A stretch of 61,818 bases of DNA, the filler included, from Fonticula-like sp. SCN 57-25 (lineage: Eukaryota): the NCBI GenBank assembly GCA_001724245.1. It is 4 parts of 4 records of this genome, joined end to end, with 100 filler letters (N's around TTAATTAATTAA, not from the genome) between each part and the next. Parts side by side here need not be neighbours in the genome. Positions count along the whole stretch, not along the records: positions 1 to 15,677 come from MEDX01000135.1; positions 15,778 to 31,289 come from MEDX01000137.1; 2 more parts are not named here. One strand, 5' to 3'. The position numbers and the translations under genes are program-made. The notes beneath the pieces were generated by a model, which was not told the origin of the DNA, searched no databases, and saw only the letters and a list, made by a program, of their open reading frames with translations. Shown one piece after another: positions 12,044-25,177 of the stretch; position 1 is the first letter of the stretch; each line of letters opens with the position of its first letter.

Positions 12044-13810
12044 TCATTGGCAAGCGTCCGCAACCAGCTTGACAACCATTTCCGACAGAGCCACCGCGTT
12101 CTCCTTTGTGTCGGCCTCCGCGTACACACGAACCACGTCCTCGGTACCCGACGGCCTCACGAACGAGCGTCCAAAGGGGTATTGTCTAACGGCTTCATTG
12201 ATCTTGTCCTGCAATCCAGAGGGAGTGACTAGCGTCGTCTCTGCGTTTGTTGTAGTGAATGCGCCGCGGTCAGGAACGACAACCTTGGCTAGCACATTCG
12301 GCAGGTCGTTGTACAACGCGTCCCACTCGGACGAGGTCATCTGGCGGCGCCAGAGAATGGCCTCCACCACAAGCATATCGCTCAGCGCATCGCCAACAGT
12401 TTGGTTGATGAGGCGCGAAAAATTGAGCAGTTCCACGGCCGGACCTGGGTCGTACGCGTCAGTAGAAGGGGTACCAGCGAGCGCATGACGCGTACCATTC
12501 ACCCCGCTCGCCACTTCCGCCTTGATGACTGCCGTGGCCGCATCAGAGAAAAGCACGGTACCATGGCCATTGGCTTCAAAGTAAATGCCAATGTCAAACT
12601 CGTGTGCGACGGCGTGAAGATACTTGACGCCCGTCTTGGCAAGCGCCGTTTTGACGTTGCTGGCACGAAGGAACTGAGTGGAGCTGCCGTTCGCGTACGC
12701 CGTCTGAACAACGCCAATAGAAAGCTTTGAGACATCCGCGCCTGACGTGCGCACCAGCTCGCCCAAGTGAAGTGCGATGAGCGCAGCAATCTTGTCGCCG
12801 TCCAGCAGGCGGAACTCGGAGCCGTCAGCACCGCCCCCGTAGTAGAATACTACGCGGTCGGCATCTCCATCAAACGAGGCAAATCGCATATTCTTTGATG
12901 CTGGCGGCCACTCGACGCCGAGCGCCGGCGCGCGCTGCCCAGTCTTGACAAAGTCAGCGCCGCAGCCCTCATTGAGGTTCTCACGAGCAGTGTTTACGAC
13001 CGTGGCGTTAATGCTCGGGAGCTGACCGGCAAAGTGAATCGCATTCGCCGCTCCAACGCCGTTGGCGGCGTCAATGACGAGCTTCACAGGGGTCGGCGGC
13101 GCAGGCCACGCGGCAGTGAGGCTGCGGAAGGCAGCCAGGAAGGCGTCCTTGTAGTGGGCATCCACCAGCCGAACGGGGTCGGCGCTGCTATTAATTCCCG
13201 CAACAAACGAATGCAGCTCAGGTGTGGTCACCTCGCCGGCGTCGAGGACCTCCGCACCGAGTGCCTTGACGCCGTCCATAAGCGCCTGCTGAAGCGAAGG
13301 GCTGCTCTTGCGGGTGTCGCGGCCAGCCAAAACAAGGCAAGCGGGCGCCTTTGACAATGCAATACCCAGCGTCACAGCAAGCTGTTCAAGGTACTGCAGA
13401 GCGGCTTGGGGGTCGGCCAGGTTGGCAAGCTTGGTGGCGTACTCTTCCCAGCTGGCCTCGAGCATCTCGCCCGTCGGGTCAATCACCTTGACGCCATTGT
13501 CCTGCTCAGTAGTAAGTCTCAGAAGCATGGTATACAATAAAGAAACGCACGGCTTCGGGGTTGTGGGACGCCGTGATCATGACACCGACAGCCTTGCCTG
13601 TGTAGATGGCACGCAGAACGGCCAATAGGCCCACACGCGTCATAACACCATCGAGCAAATCGGCCCTGGCAGTGAAAGAAGTTAGTGGTCTTATCTCATA
13701 GTTGAACAGAGCATAACGGCATACTTGGTACGGAAGCCTGCCGTTCCATAGGCAAAGGTAACGTTGCTGGGCAACGCGTGCTGTTCGCACGCAGCTCGGA
13801 CGGCCTCCAT
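12044..13810 (-). CDS. PGM3: Phosphoacetylglucosamine mutase
   Basis: Motifs [31 protein letters not shown] and [16 protein letters not shown]. Confidence 0.96.
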
Positions 13811-13909
13811 CGAAACCTGTCAAGTGAGGCAGAAGCCGGCAAATCTCAAAATGGTGTGTCACCTTCGCGACTGTCAAATTTCATCATATTTGTTGATCGT
13901 CGCACTGTC

Positions 13910-15677
13910 ATGACTAGGCACGCTGAGGCTGCGGCCGGGGCGGAGCTGCTTTCCGTGGGAAACCGTGTTGCGATAGACGGGTTCTATGGTACTGTTCAGT
14001 ACGTTGGGCCGGTAGACCCCTCCCGCCCGCTTGTCCTATATTACGGCATCGAGTGGGACGATCCAACGAGAGGCAAGCACAGCGGTGCGCACGGCGGCGT
14101 TCAGTACTTTGAGGCAAGGCGGCCGGGGTCTGCTTCATTTGTGCGTGCGCTTCCTGCGGCTCGTGGGCGGCGCGTCAGTTTAGCGGACGCTGTCATTGAA
14201 AAGTACACCGATCGACATGCGGCGACCGACGGCCATCGGCACTTGAAGGTGGACACGGACGCGCACCAGAACAAAGCCATCGAAATGGTGGGCTTTGAGG
14301 GCATCTACGAAAAGCAGAGGTTTGTTCTTGCCCTGATTTTGTTTTTATGGCTCACATTCTTGATATTGCACAGTCAACTGGGGCGGTTGTTGACGGTTGA
14401 AGTGCAGAACGCGCCCGTCGACAGTGCCGGCAGCATCGGTGAACTCGTTCCAAGTACGCTTTATCTGCGGCATTCTCCGGAGTAATTTAACATTGGCGCA
14501 TTAGATTTGCAGTTTTTGGACGTGTCGTTGACACTGCTAGATTCTTGGGCGACGGTGGTGTCCATTGCTCAGCAGCTTCCTCATCTCCAAGTCCTGCACC
14601 TCAATAGCCTACGGCTCTCCTCTCCGCACGTACTCGAAGAGGCAGATTTGCCGAATATTTTTCCTGTTCTCCGAAGTCTATACATAAACAACAACAATGT
14701 TTCCTGGGCTAATGTGCGCGCTGGCCGCCGTCACCACTATCCCGCTCTAACATGTGCTCGCGAGTAGGTGGCCGCCGCGCTGCGCGTCATGCCCGCGCTG
14801 ATCGAGCTGCATGCGTCCAACAACATGCTGGACGAGTGTATTCCTCCGGATTATTTGCATAACGTCACTTTTTTAAACCTTGACTCGAACCTCTTGACGT
14901 GGCCAGACGTGGCGCCGCTCGGTTCGCTACCTAATCTCTGCACGCTGCATCTGTCAAACAACCGCATTGATCGCATTGCGGTGCCCAAAGGCTCCTTTTC
15001 GCGACTAGAGTCTTTAGTTCTTTCCCGCAATTCTATATCTGATGTACGTATTCCTTTTGCGAGGACCGTTTTTTGTTCATCTGACGTGCGGCAGTGGGAC
15101 AGCATCGACGCCCTTGACGACCTGGGCGGTCTTCGCGACTTGCGCATTGGTTACAACCCTCTCGTCACCGATCCGCTCGTCTCAAGAGTAGCACGCGATC
15201 TTATCGTCGGGCGCGTTGCTGGCATAACGCAGCTCAACGGAAGCCAGGTGCGGAAGCGCTGTTTTGATATGTGCAACTGACTGCTGAGCAGATATCCGCC
15301 GAGGATCGCCGGCAGAACGAAATTTATCTTCTCGGATGGCTGGCGACCAATAGCGCCACCTGCAAGCGCCACGCCGACTTGATGCGAATTCACGACACAG
15401 TTCGCGCGAATGCGGCTGGTGCAGGGTTGGCACAGGCCGGGGGCGACAGAAACGCGCTCAGACGGCAGCTGATGACCGTGACGCTCGTTGAGGTGACCTC
15501 TGGCCAGTCGATCTCCCGCCATGTAGTTTGTACGTTTGCGTATTGGACTAGTTTGGTTTTTAACTTTTGCTCTCTGTTTTGCGTTTTGCAGCAAGCACGA
15601 CGGTCGCTGAGCTTCGCGGGATTGCAGCCCGGCTCTTTGGCATGCCTTACGTGCACCTCAAGATGGCCACCGACGAG
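13910..15677 (+). CDS. TBCE: Tubulin-specific chaperone E (CAP-Gly + LRR + start of UBL), 3' truncated at contig end
   Basis: CAP-Gly GIEWDDPTRGKHSG...YF, then IEMVGFE, leucine-rich repeats and LNGSQ|ISAEDRRQNEIY. Confidence 0.9.
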
Positions 15678-15777
15678 NNNNNNNNNNNNNNNNNNNNNNN
15701 NNNNNNNNNNNNNNNNNNNNNTTAATTAATTAANNNNNNNNNNNNNNNNNNNNNNNNNNNNNNNNNNNNNNNNNNNN
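15678..15777. other. Artificial contig spacer (N-run/TTAATTAATTAA/N-run)
   Basis: An identical 100-nt spacer occurs three times, with stops in all six frames. Genes are truncated on either side. Confidence 0.97.
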
Positions 15778-18700
15778 CCAATCACCCCCTCACACGAGCA
15801 CAGCCAGCACTCATCATTCAACACGGCAAGCACATCGACGCGCTCCCCCGCCAAAAACATGAGCTCGTCCTCTGTCATGGCGAGGTAATCCTGCGACGCT
15901 GCAAATATGTGCGTCGCGTCGCCCTTGCCCGACCGCTGAATCGCCTGGTGGATGAGCTCTGTGAGTGCCTCCAGCTCCTCGTTTGACACGTCGTCATCAA
16001 GCGCGTCAAGCGACGGGCTCGTCTTTTCAAGCGACATGCGCTTTGCCGACCGCGCAAAGCGCTTCACCGACTGCCGCTGCATCGACTCGATACGTTCAAG
16101 GAAAGACGTCCGCGCCGCATTCGAAGCGAATGCGATCTCGAGGCGACGCTCCGACCCGCGGATGCCCAGGCAGACACCAAACGGCGCAGAGTACAGCGCC
16201 TGCAAGTGCTGAAAGGCCTGCAGCTGCGCACGAAGCGTCTCGATGCGCCGCACAGTTTCCTCGTTCAACTCGCGCACCTGCTTGATAACGACCGACGAGC
16301 GGCGCACACTCGAGCCGCGCCGAGCAATGGGCATTAACGAATTGGAGCGCGAGTTGGCGGCGATCTTGTATGAGGCCGAGAGCATTTGTGTCTCTGCTTC
16401 GATGAGGCGCTGCACTTGACGGATCTTGCTGCCGAGGACGTCGGGGTCGGTGTCGCCCTGGCCGGGGGCGAGCTCAAAGGGGGTGACGACGATGAGGGGG
16501 ATGGGGAGGATCCACTCGAGGCGGAAGCGGATGCCTTCCAGCTGGGGAGTAGTAGCTAGGTAAAAGTCAGTGAAAAGTATGGATAGAGCATGGTAAAACA
16601 CAGAAGAATGATACACACTGAGACTGAAAACAACCAAAAACAGGCATAACAATGCCTACTATTCATTCAAATATCACACAAGAAACATGCCCAAATTCGT
16701 ACCCTGGGTGTTTGACATTGATGTCACGGTAGGCGAGCCGCACACAAGCGCATGATTGAGCAGAATCGCATGCACAATATTCCTATCACCGCCCGCAATC
16801 GACACGACATCCGCGTCCCACCTCACCGACAGCCCCTTCTTCGTCACTGCCTTTAACCCACGCCCCTTTATCCCAGTCGTCTTTCTAAGCAGTGCCGCGC
16901 CAGGATTGGGCGGCGCACCCGACGCGCGCGCCCGCCGCTCCAGCGTAAATGTGAGCTTTGTCATGCGTTCCATTCCGGGGACGGCCGTGACGGCCATGAC
17001 GGACGTGACGGACGCCTGCATGACATTGTCGGGCGCAATGTGCCACACGAGCGCCTGCTCGCCGGCGGATGTCAGCTCGAGCGACGAGCGCGAGATTGAG
17101 GGCTGGTGCGCCTCGTTCGAAAGGGCGGAAAGCGCGCGGAAAAAGGCGTCGCGCTCATCGGCTTGGGCAAACAAAATTGTTGTCCTAAAAGAAAAAAATG
17201 TGTCAGAAAAGGGAAAAATGACCATAAAGGCGTACATGAAGCCGCTGGCGGCGCCGCTCGTGACGTGAATTTGGATGCCGTATGTCTGGCTCTCGGTCGA
17301 GTGCACCAACTTGAGCGCATTGAGCTCCTTTGTGAGAGCGCTCAGCCGCCTTTTCGTGCAAATACACGCAGTTTAGCTATGATTCTCAAGACAACACGTG
17401 ATAATTGCGTACGATTCAGCCTCGTCAGCCTCGATCATTGCCCATCCCGAATGACTCGAGTCCCTATTGGCAAGGTACGCCTGGCTAATTGTGTGCGCAC
17501 TTGCAATCATCTTTTTTTCCACGCCACACTGCTTTTCGAGCCGTGCAATGTCGTCGGCGAGCTTGGTAGGGTCGCGCTTGCCGAGCACGCGGTCCTTGAG
17601 CGACACGCTCGTGATCTCGGTCAAGTCAAATGTCCACTCGAGCTCGACCGACGTCTCGTTGCTGATTGGCCGCTGCGACAGGTTTGACCGGTCCATCTTG
17701 ACGCACAAGAGCGAACGGCTAAAGAGAAAGACGGAGCGGGCGATGCGCGCCCCAGACACGTCCATCAGCACAATGTCGTGCTGCTTTTCGAGCGACTGCG
17801 ATTCGATACTCACAAAGTAGCCGTTCGCGCGGAGATTGTCCTGCAGAATAAGCACGTTTTGGCGGCGCTGCGCCTCGGACTGCTGGTCGTCGACGTAGGC
17901 GGACAACGAGCGGACTTCTTCGATGACCTCGTCGAGGGCGGCGCGGTCGGGGTGCTGCAAGGGCGTGTTGTCGCGAAGGCGAGAAAGAAGAAGAATGTAG
18001 TGGGGGAAGCGCTGAATTGGCATGATCAAAAGGTCTTGAAGCGCAAATTTGTTGAACGTTTTCCGCTGCGCTTCATGAAGGAACTGCATTGGCGCGCAGT
18101 GAGCAACAAAAGCACGGGACTGAAACTTCGCGCGTACCTTGGCAAAGTCTTCGCGCTCGGATTCGGTGCGCAGGATCGACATGGCCTCGCGGTAGGTATT
18201 GGCGTACACGACGTAGCAGCTGCGCATCTTTTGCGAGATGCCGAGGAAGACGTCAGAGATGCCCTGCAGCATGCTCCACCGGCTGACCTTGCTCGTCAGC
18301 GCCTTGAGGTTCTGATCGTGGCAGTCGAGGATATTGGGAAGCTCGGAAAACATAATGTCAATCTGCTGCTGGTTCAGCGGCGCAACTAGAGAAAAGGAAA
18401 TGTCAGCGATCGGCATGCAGCAGGCGGGCACGAACCCGTCTTTGACGTGAGCGACAGCTGGAAAAGTTGCCTCAGTGGCTGCTCATAGTGCTGCAGAAGC
18501 GATCTCAGGTTGTTCACGTAATGACGCTCCGTGTCGCACAGCTCTTCTACAATGAGGCGGCGCTTCTCCGAGTTCTGGCTCAGCGTCGACACCGTGCGGT
18601 ACCGCCGAATGTTTGACTGTTGTGCTGATTAGCATTCAGGGACCGAGAGAATGCAGGCGTACCTGAATGCGGACAATGAGGCGAATCTTGTCGCTCTGCT

Positions 18701-18794
18701 CGGCATCATCAAAAGGTTTATTCTTTGATGAAGGTGATACCGGCGTCCTGGGGGACGGCGGCATCGACCGCCGGCCATCGGGAGACGACTCCAT
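15778..18794 (-). CDS. Dbl-family RhoGEF: DH + two coiled-coil-split PH domains + SH3, 3' truncated
   Basis: DH motifs IVEELCDTERHYVNNL and LQDLLIMPIQRFPHYILLL. PH C-terminal helices ERDAFFRAL and ARTSFLERI. SH3 DYLAMTEDELMFLAGERV...W. Start codon tentative. Confidence 0.82.
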
Positions 18795-19079
18795 GCCTCT
18801 TGGCACCCTGGAACCACCGCGCAGATGACTTGCAATCTGACTGGCAGTTTGCATCAGGGGTGGAATGCAAGCAATGCAGAGGCGAACGTTCCCTACAGGT
18901 CTACCTGCAAAAAGCAACCGCTGCATGGTCCCTGGCATAAATATACCAACGCCAGTGTTATAATAGTATCGCAGTCCTGAGCAAGCCAAGTGCCCAAAAG
19001 CCCCTACCATGGAAGTCTTCTTTCACCTAGCTTTCACCGAGAGGTCGCCCTGTCAAACATGCAGTTTGCAGTTTGCAAC

Positions 19080-21756
19080 ATGGGTGGAGGCGGCCAGGCA
19101 GCAGGTGAGGATCCGCACGATGCGGCCAGCCGGATCCTGCTCGATATAGACCGCGGGCTCAGGAGTCCCGTTCCGTCCACGCAATTAGAGGCGCTCGCGC
19201 AGGTGGCGCCGTTGCTCGACCAGTACCCGATTCCCGTCATCGTGAACACGGCGCTGCTCAAGCTGGGCGATGTCTTCCATGGCGGGTGCGGGCTCTCTGT
19301 GCTCCTCGCGCCTGCTGACACTTTGGTAGGTCCAACCTGATGCGGTACTATATTCTGCGCGCCATGCAGCACTGTCAACAGCATGTTCACAAGGTTATAA
19401 ACAAGTCTGAAGTTGTGAAGCGTTTCGCCGGGACGCTTCTGAGCAACGATTCCGAGTCGCGCACCTTGACGCTTCGCACGCTCGCGACCATGTCAGGCAT
19501 CCTCTTGGAAGCCTTTGACGTCCACCAAGGCATCTTTGACGCGCTTGACGCGCCGCTCGTTCACGAAGTACACGCTGCTCTCGTGGCATCCCAGCTTCTC
19601 TGCGCGCAGTCGCGCCCCTTTGCCGAGCTTGTCGAGCCGCGCCTTAGCGTCCTCATCAGCGATCTCGCGCGCCCAACTCACCTGAAGATCGCCGCCCTGT
19701 CGGTCTTTCAGCATATGCACCACTCGGCTAAAATGGCGTCGCATGCGCGTCACGTGTGTCTTGCCTTTATGAAAAACTACCCGAGCGAACGGTGCGCTGT
19801 CGCCGCGCTCGACGCCACCAGCCGCCTCGCCAGCGAGTACGCGCCACATGCCGCTCCCCAGGCAACGCTACTGCTTGCCACACTTGCATCCGACCCGCGG
19901 CGCTCTGTGAGGCTTGGCTGCCTGCGCAACCTTGCTGTGCTGCTGAAGGGCCATGCCGCAGTCCCGCTGCAGCTCTCCCCCGTCCTCGACGCAGCAGGGC
20001 AGACCGCCGACACGCTGCTGCAAGCCCGTGCTATCGCGCTTTTGCTGCGTATTTCAAAGCTACCACTTGCCGGGCGTGCGCTTGCTGATGGCGTTGATGT
20101 GCTTTATGTGCTGCGCGCGGCGGCGCAGCAGAGCGGCTCGCCTGCGGCCCCAATGCTCGCGCGACTTCTCTTTAACATCGCCAACACATCAACGCTGCAC
20201 GACACTCCTGGGGCCGTTGCGGCCATTCTGTCGCATCTTTTAAAAGATGCGGACGTGTCCGTAATGCGCAGCGTTGCCGCTTTTGTGCGCCGTCACCCGC
20301 AGTTCTGCGCCGCTTTTTGTTCAAAGGCCGTTTCGCTACTGTCGTCTCACCGGCGCCCCGCTGATATTCTTTGTTTGCTGCGCTCGTTGGCGTTGGTTGC
20401 GCCCGAGGCCGCACTTGGTCCGCTGAGCCCTCTTTTAGAGGCCGACGCAACCAGTTTACAGCCGCTGCTTCCTGGCACGGTCGCCGCCGCACTACCGCTC
20501 GTTTCCGTAATGGAGCCATCAGCTGCATCGGCTTTTTTGAACCGTGTTGCTGTTGCGTTGCAGACGTCCGCGTCGCCGTCGAGCCAGTACGACACTGCTG
20601 TGCGTGCGATGCGCAATGGTGCTTTCGAGCTGTCGTCGGCGCTTCTTTCGCCGCTCGAAGCCCGCCTGGCGCACCACGAGTCGTACGCGTGGTGGCTGCG
20701 AGCGTGTGCGCTCCTTTCCAGTGGCGAGCAGCTTGCTCGTCGTGGCGAGATGGGTGCCGCAGGAGAGGCCTTTGCCGACGCCCTCGCTCGCCTACTCGCT
20801 GCCGAGCCCGCGCGCTTCTTCCAGGCGTCATACGTTACACTTCGACTCGAAATCACGGACGCTGCGCGCGCCGAGCTCGATGTTTTGCGCATGTGTGCGG
20901 CTCGGCCAGGTAGCATCCTTCTCCGTCGTCGCGTACGTTTCCTCTTTGGTCAATATGTAATGTAATTTTTGTTTTTTAACACGAACCACCTTTTTCTTAG
21001 CTTGGTGAGCTTGCCGACACGTGGACGGCGATTGCCGATAAGGCGGCATTTTTGCGCAAGAGTCACCTTGACATTGATGCGTCATCGGCGTCTTTGCTTG
21101 GCTCCCTTGAGGCAATGTGCCTTGTTCTGTCGGCCGCAACAGCGCCGCTTTCCAATGCCAACGCGGCGCCTTCCGCACGTCTCGCGCTCTTTGCGCGGTC
21201 GGCCCAGCATGGTGACACGACGCCACTCTCCCGCGCTGTCGGCAATGCTGCACAGATGCTCGTCGAAAATAGTGCATCGCCGCCCGCCGCCGCCGTTTCG
21301 CACCTTATTTCTTTGCTGATTTCCCTTCCTGTGCCCGTCCCGCGCTACTTTTTCGTATCCGCACCCGCATGCAATGTCGAGCTGTCGCTGCGTTCGAGCC
21401 CGCGCGGCAACGGCGACGCCCGCCCGAGCGTCACAATAGAAGGCATTGTCCGCGGTCGTCCCCACGTGGGTATCGCAGGCGCCGAAATCGTCTTTAAAAC
21501 TGTCGCTGCCGGTCATGGTAAAGAGCTGAATAGCGCCGTGCTTGAGCGACGTCTCGAGCTGCGTAGTTGGTTGGCCGCGCCGCCCGCGCCGCGCACGAAA
21601 GAAACAAGTGTCAGTGAAGGTTACTTTGAGGCGACTGTGCTTCTGGATGCTCCGCGCGATGACAGCGCTGTTGTTGGGTATGTGCGCATTGTGGACGTTG
21701 ATGGGCGCGCATGGGAGTGCGGGCCGGAATTCAGCGTGTCATTCCAAAAGACATGA
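19080..21756 (+). CDS. INTS7: Integrator complex subunit 7
   Basis: LLDIDRGLRS...QYPIPVIVNTALLKLGDVF...SNDSESRTLTLRTL matches the INTS7 N-terminus. DPRRSVR and C-terminal PVPRYFF are also present. Confidence 0.88.
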
Positions 21757-22093
21757 AAGCATTCATTTTATGGATTTGTATTGTAATTTATGCCAGTTAG
21801 GTGCACTTTTTTGTGGACACCTTTGACTGAAATTGAGATATTGATGTAAAAATATAATAGTATCAAACTGATACACGCTTTGCCTTCCGTGCGTACTTTT
21901 TTATTAGGCTCAAAATGCGGTTGCAATATACTGCGGAACTCGGGCACTGTACATAATTCTCGGGCAGGCAAAGCGGCGTCAGCGCCACCTTCCTCCCTTT
22001 TGCTAAACATAATTCGAAACATGCTGAAAAACTGATACAATAATGCCTTGCTAAACTGCGAATGCTGAATGCGAAAGAGAAGCGTGCAGCCAA

Positions 22094-24130
22094 TCAGGAA
22101 AGTCCCCTGCCCGCGTCCTGCTGCGACACGCTCGTGTACGACATTGGCACCTTGAAGAGCGACTCTTGCGGCACTTCTGCATCATACTTGCGGAACGTCA
22201 CAAGTACGCTCAAGATGGGCAGCACAGGTACCTCTGAAAAAGTCGTCAGAAATCAGCAAAAATAGCATAAAAAGGCATAAAAACGTACCAAATTGGACAG
22301 GAAATCCAGGCGGCAAATCAAGCGAAAGCGTCTCTGTCAACTTGCTAAAGACAACACTTGACCGCTCGAGTGTCTGCAACACTGGCAAAATGTCCTTTAG
22401 CGCAATCGGGTACTCGTCGCTCATCCACATCTTTCCCTTGAACGTCCTGCTCTTTGACTTTACCCGCTGCGGCCGCCCAAGCGGGCCAATCGGGCCCGAG
22501 CTGAGGTCAAAGTAGGCCTCGGGCGTGACGGCCGTCGGCGGCGGCGGTCCAAGCGGCATCGACGCCGATCCCGATCGAGACGCTTTTTACACAAAATTAG
22601 ACCAAAATTAGACCAAAATAGCCTTTAAAAAGCACATGAAAAGATGAAAAACGTACAGTGATTGGTGTGCTCTGGCATTGACCCACCGAGCTGCTTGTTT
22701 TCCTGAAGCGCCTCTTCCATCTTGCGCGCCTCCTCTTCCCAATTGACATCATTCTCGCCATCGCTGTCGCCGCCATCATCACTTTCCCGCCTGCTGCTGC
22801 TGCTCCCCGCCGCCCCAGCATCACTCTCGCCGCCCTCAATATGCTCCGTGCGCACTTTGGTGACAAACCTAATGCCCTGCGCCTCGTACACGCGCGCGGG
22901 AAAGTCGCCGATCTGCTCGACCTTTTCGGCGCCCCAGCCGAGAAAGCCGCCACGAACAGGACGGCAGGTAAAGTTGATGCGGTTCAGCTCGGAAGTTGTC
23001 TTTGGCTGAGTCATCATAATGTTCATCATGGACTCGAATTCTTCAAAGCTGTCGGGGTCGTCGGTGATGGTCATGTACTGCTTCTGGTCATGGCGGACCA
23101 TCACAAGCTTACCGGCTGGGGCCAAAAAGGTCAGAAAAACTGATAGAAAGAATACAAAATATGTTTAAAAGACGCACTGACAGAGTTGTGAAGGGTCATT
23201 TCGGCAGACTTGACGCGCATTGCCTTGCTTAGGAGGTCGGGCTTTTCGATGCAGTCTTGGTGGGAGAAGCCGCGGTCGGTGAGGAAGGCCTTGAGCTCGC
23301 TCACGCTGCGCTGCTTGAGACTCAGAACGTCATCTAAAAAGCGCCCAATATAAGTAAAAGTGAATATAAAGCGCGTGAAATTACGGACTTTGCTGCGGGC
23401 CGAGCATCATAAAACTGATGTTGCCCCTGACCCACTTCATGCGCTCAAAGCCGGCGATCGTCGTGTCGAGGCGCACCGACGACCCGCGCTTGTATATCGT
23501 GTTCACGTCGGTCGGGCACAGCTTGGACAGGAAGGGGATCCAGCTGCGGAACTCCCTATTGAAAAGCGGCATCGGGTTAGATGCCGCGTACGTGGCACGT
23601 CATCACGCACCAGTGCATCTCGATGGTGAAGTCGGGCAGCTTGGCAAGGTTCTCAAAGAGCGACGGCAGCTGCTCTTGCAGGATCCGCCGCGACTGCTCA
23701 ATGCGTTTAAGGTAGACGTAGCGCAAAAGGTCGACATTGGCGAGGCTGATGGCCTCGGCCAGCGGCGACCATCCCTCGCTGTTCCTAAACCATGTGTCAG
23801 CAACAAAGCACTAGAAAATTCTCCGCGCACTTTAGGCGGCAGTCCGGGTTGCCGTGCTCCAGCAGCATTCTGAGGCACTCTTGCCTGTTGAGCATAATGG
23901 CAAGATGCAGCGGGGCATTGCCGCGCAGATCAAGCTCGTCAATGTGACCCTTCTTGCCCACCGGCAGCGCGCTACCAAACCGGGATTAGCACAAGCAGGT
24001 CATCCATCGCAATCACGTACGAAACCACAGGGTCTTTTATAAGCTTTTCCAGCGTTACTACGTCATTCTCCCATACGGCTAGGTGCCACGGGTACCGCTC
24101 GCGAGCCCATGCCAGCTCCGAGGACGGCAT
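22094..24130 (-). CDS. ANKRD13-family protein (ankyrin repeats + ANKRD13/GPCR-chaperone domain) with an extra SAP-like exon
   Basis: YPWHLAVWEND, GNAPLHLA, SWIPFLSKLCPTD...YKRGSSVRLDTTIAGF, KGKMWMSDEYP and LPPGFPVQ. Start could alternatively be 24211. Confidence 0.85.
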
Positions 24131-24273
24131 CCCGGTGACGAGCCTGGGGCCAAAGCTTGGCCGAAGTTCGAAGTGGGATGATCCCGCCGTATCCACGTGG
24201 CCGCGATTCATATGATCGTGTTGCTATGTGTCACCATTGTCACCATGGGTGAGGGCATCGGCACGCCGCACGC

Positions 24274-24912
24274 ATGGCAACGAGTTGCATCGCGAAAGGG
24301 GATCCCGCGAGCGTCGCTGGGCAAGGGGCGGCGTTTAGCCAAGTAGAGCATGCTGGTTTGGAGCCGCAACATTTGAAGGGGGCGTCCTCGATTTCGCTGG
24401 ATTTCGCGGGTGGTGTCGCAGATGACCACGGCGCGGCCGACTGCGGGCCTGCAGCCATCGGCAAGGGTGAAACGCAAGAAGCCGACGCTAACGAACACAA
24501 CCCTCTCCTACACATTTTCCCGCACCTTAGGGACTCTACAAGGGAAGACTATTATGATATGGCCAAGCGCCACGGCGACAAGGAGCTCAAAGCTTTCCTG
24601 GACGCCAACCCTGAATGGCAACCATCGTGCCGAGTAGAGTCTGCAGGTTTGGAACCGCAAAATTTGAAAGGGACGACCACGATTTCGCTGGATTTCGCAG
24701 GCGGTGTCGCCGACGATCTCAGCGCGGCCGACTGCGCAATCGGCCATAGTGAAACGCAAGAAGCCGGTTCTAACGAACGCATGCCTCTCCCCGGCGTTTT
24801 CGCGCACTTTAGGCGCAGTACAAGGGAAGACTATTATGAAATGGCTGAGCGCCACTGCCACGAGGAGCTCAAAGCTTTCCTAGACGCCAACCCGTCATGG
24901 CAACCATCGTAG
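24274..24912 (+). CDS. Hypothetical 212-aa protein built from two ~95-aa tandem repeats
   Basis: Intronless ORF with a direct duplication (about 24343-24627 and 24633-24909). Both units end ELKAFLDANPxWQPS. Confidence 0.5.
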   Translation: MATSCIAKGDPASVAGQGAAFSQVEHAGLEPQHLKGASSISLDFAGGVADDHGAADCGPAAIGKGETQEADANEHNPLLHIFPHLRDSTREDYYDMAKRHGDKELKAFLDANPEWQPSCRVESAGLEPQNLKGTTTISLDFAGGVADDLSAADCAIGHSETQEAGSNERMPLPGVFAHFRRSTREDYYEMAERHCHEELKAFLDANPSWQPS

Positions 24913-25177
24913 GCGTGCATTTTCGTACTGTATCGTACACACCACGATCAAATATACTTTTATAATTGTGGCATTGGTGTGAGTATGTGCTGAGCACATG
25001 GAAATGTTATCTAAAAGTGACAGACTACGCCGATATATTCAACATAACAAGGCAAAAAACTCAAAAGGTATTCACAATAATTATGCAAAATTGTAGCCAA
25101 AACACGCCAAAACCGCATAAAAAACAATAATAATCACAACTCAAAGACATAATTATACAGCAGCAATATTGCTGCTA

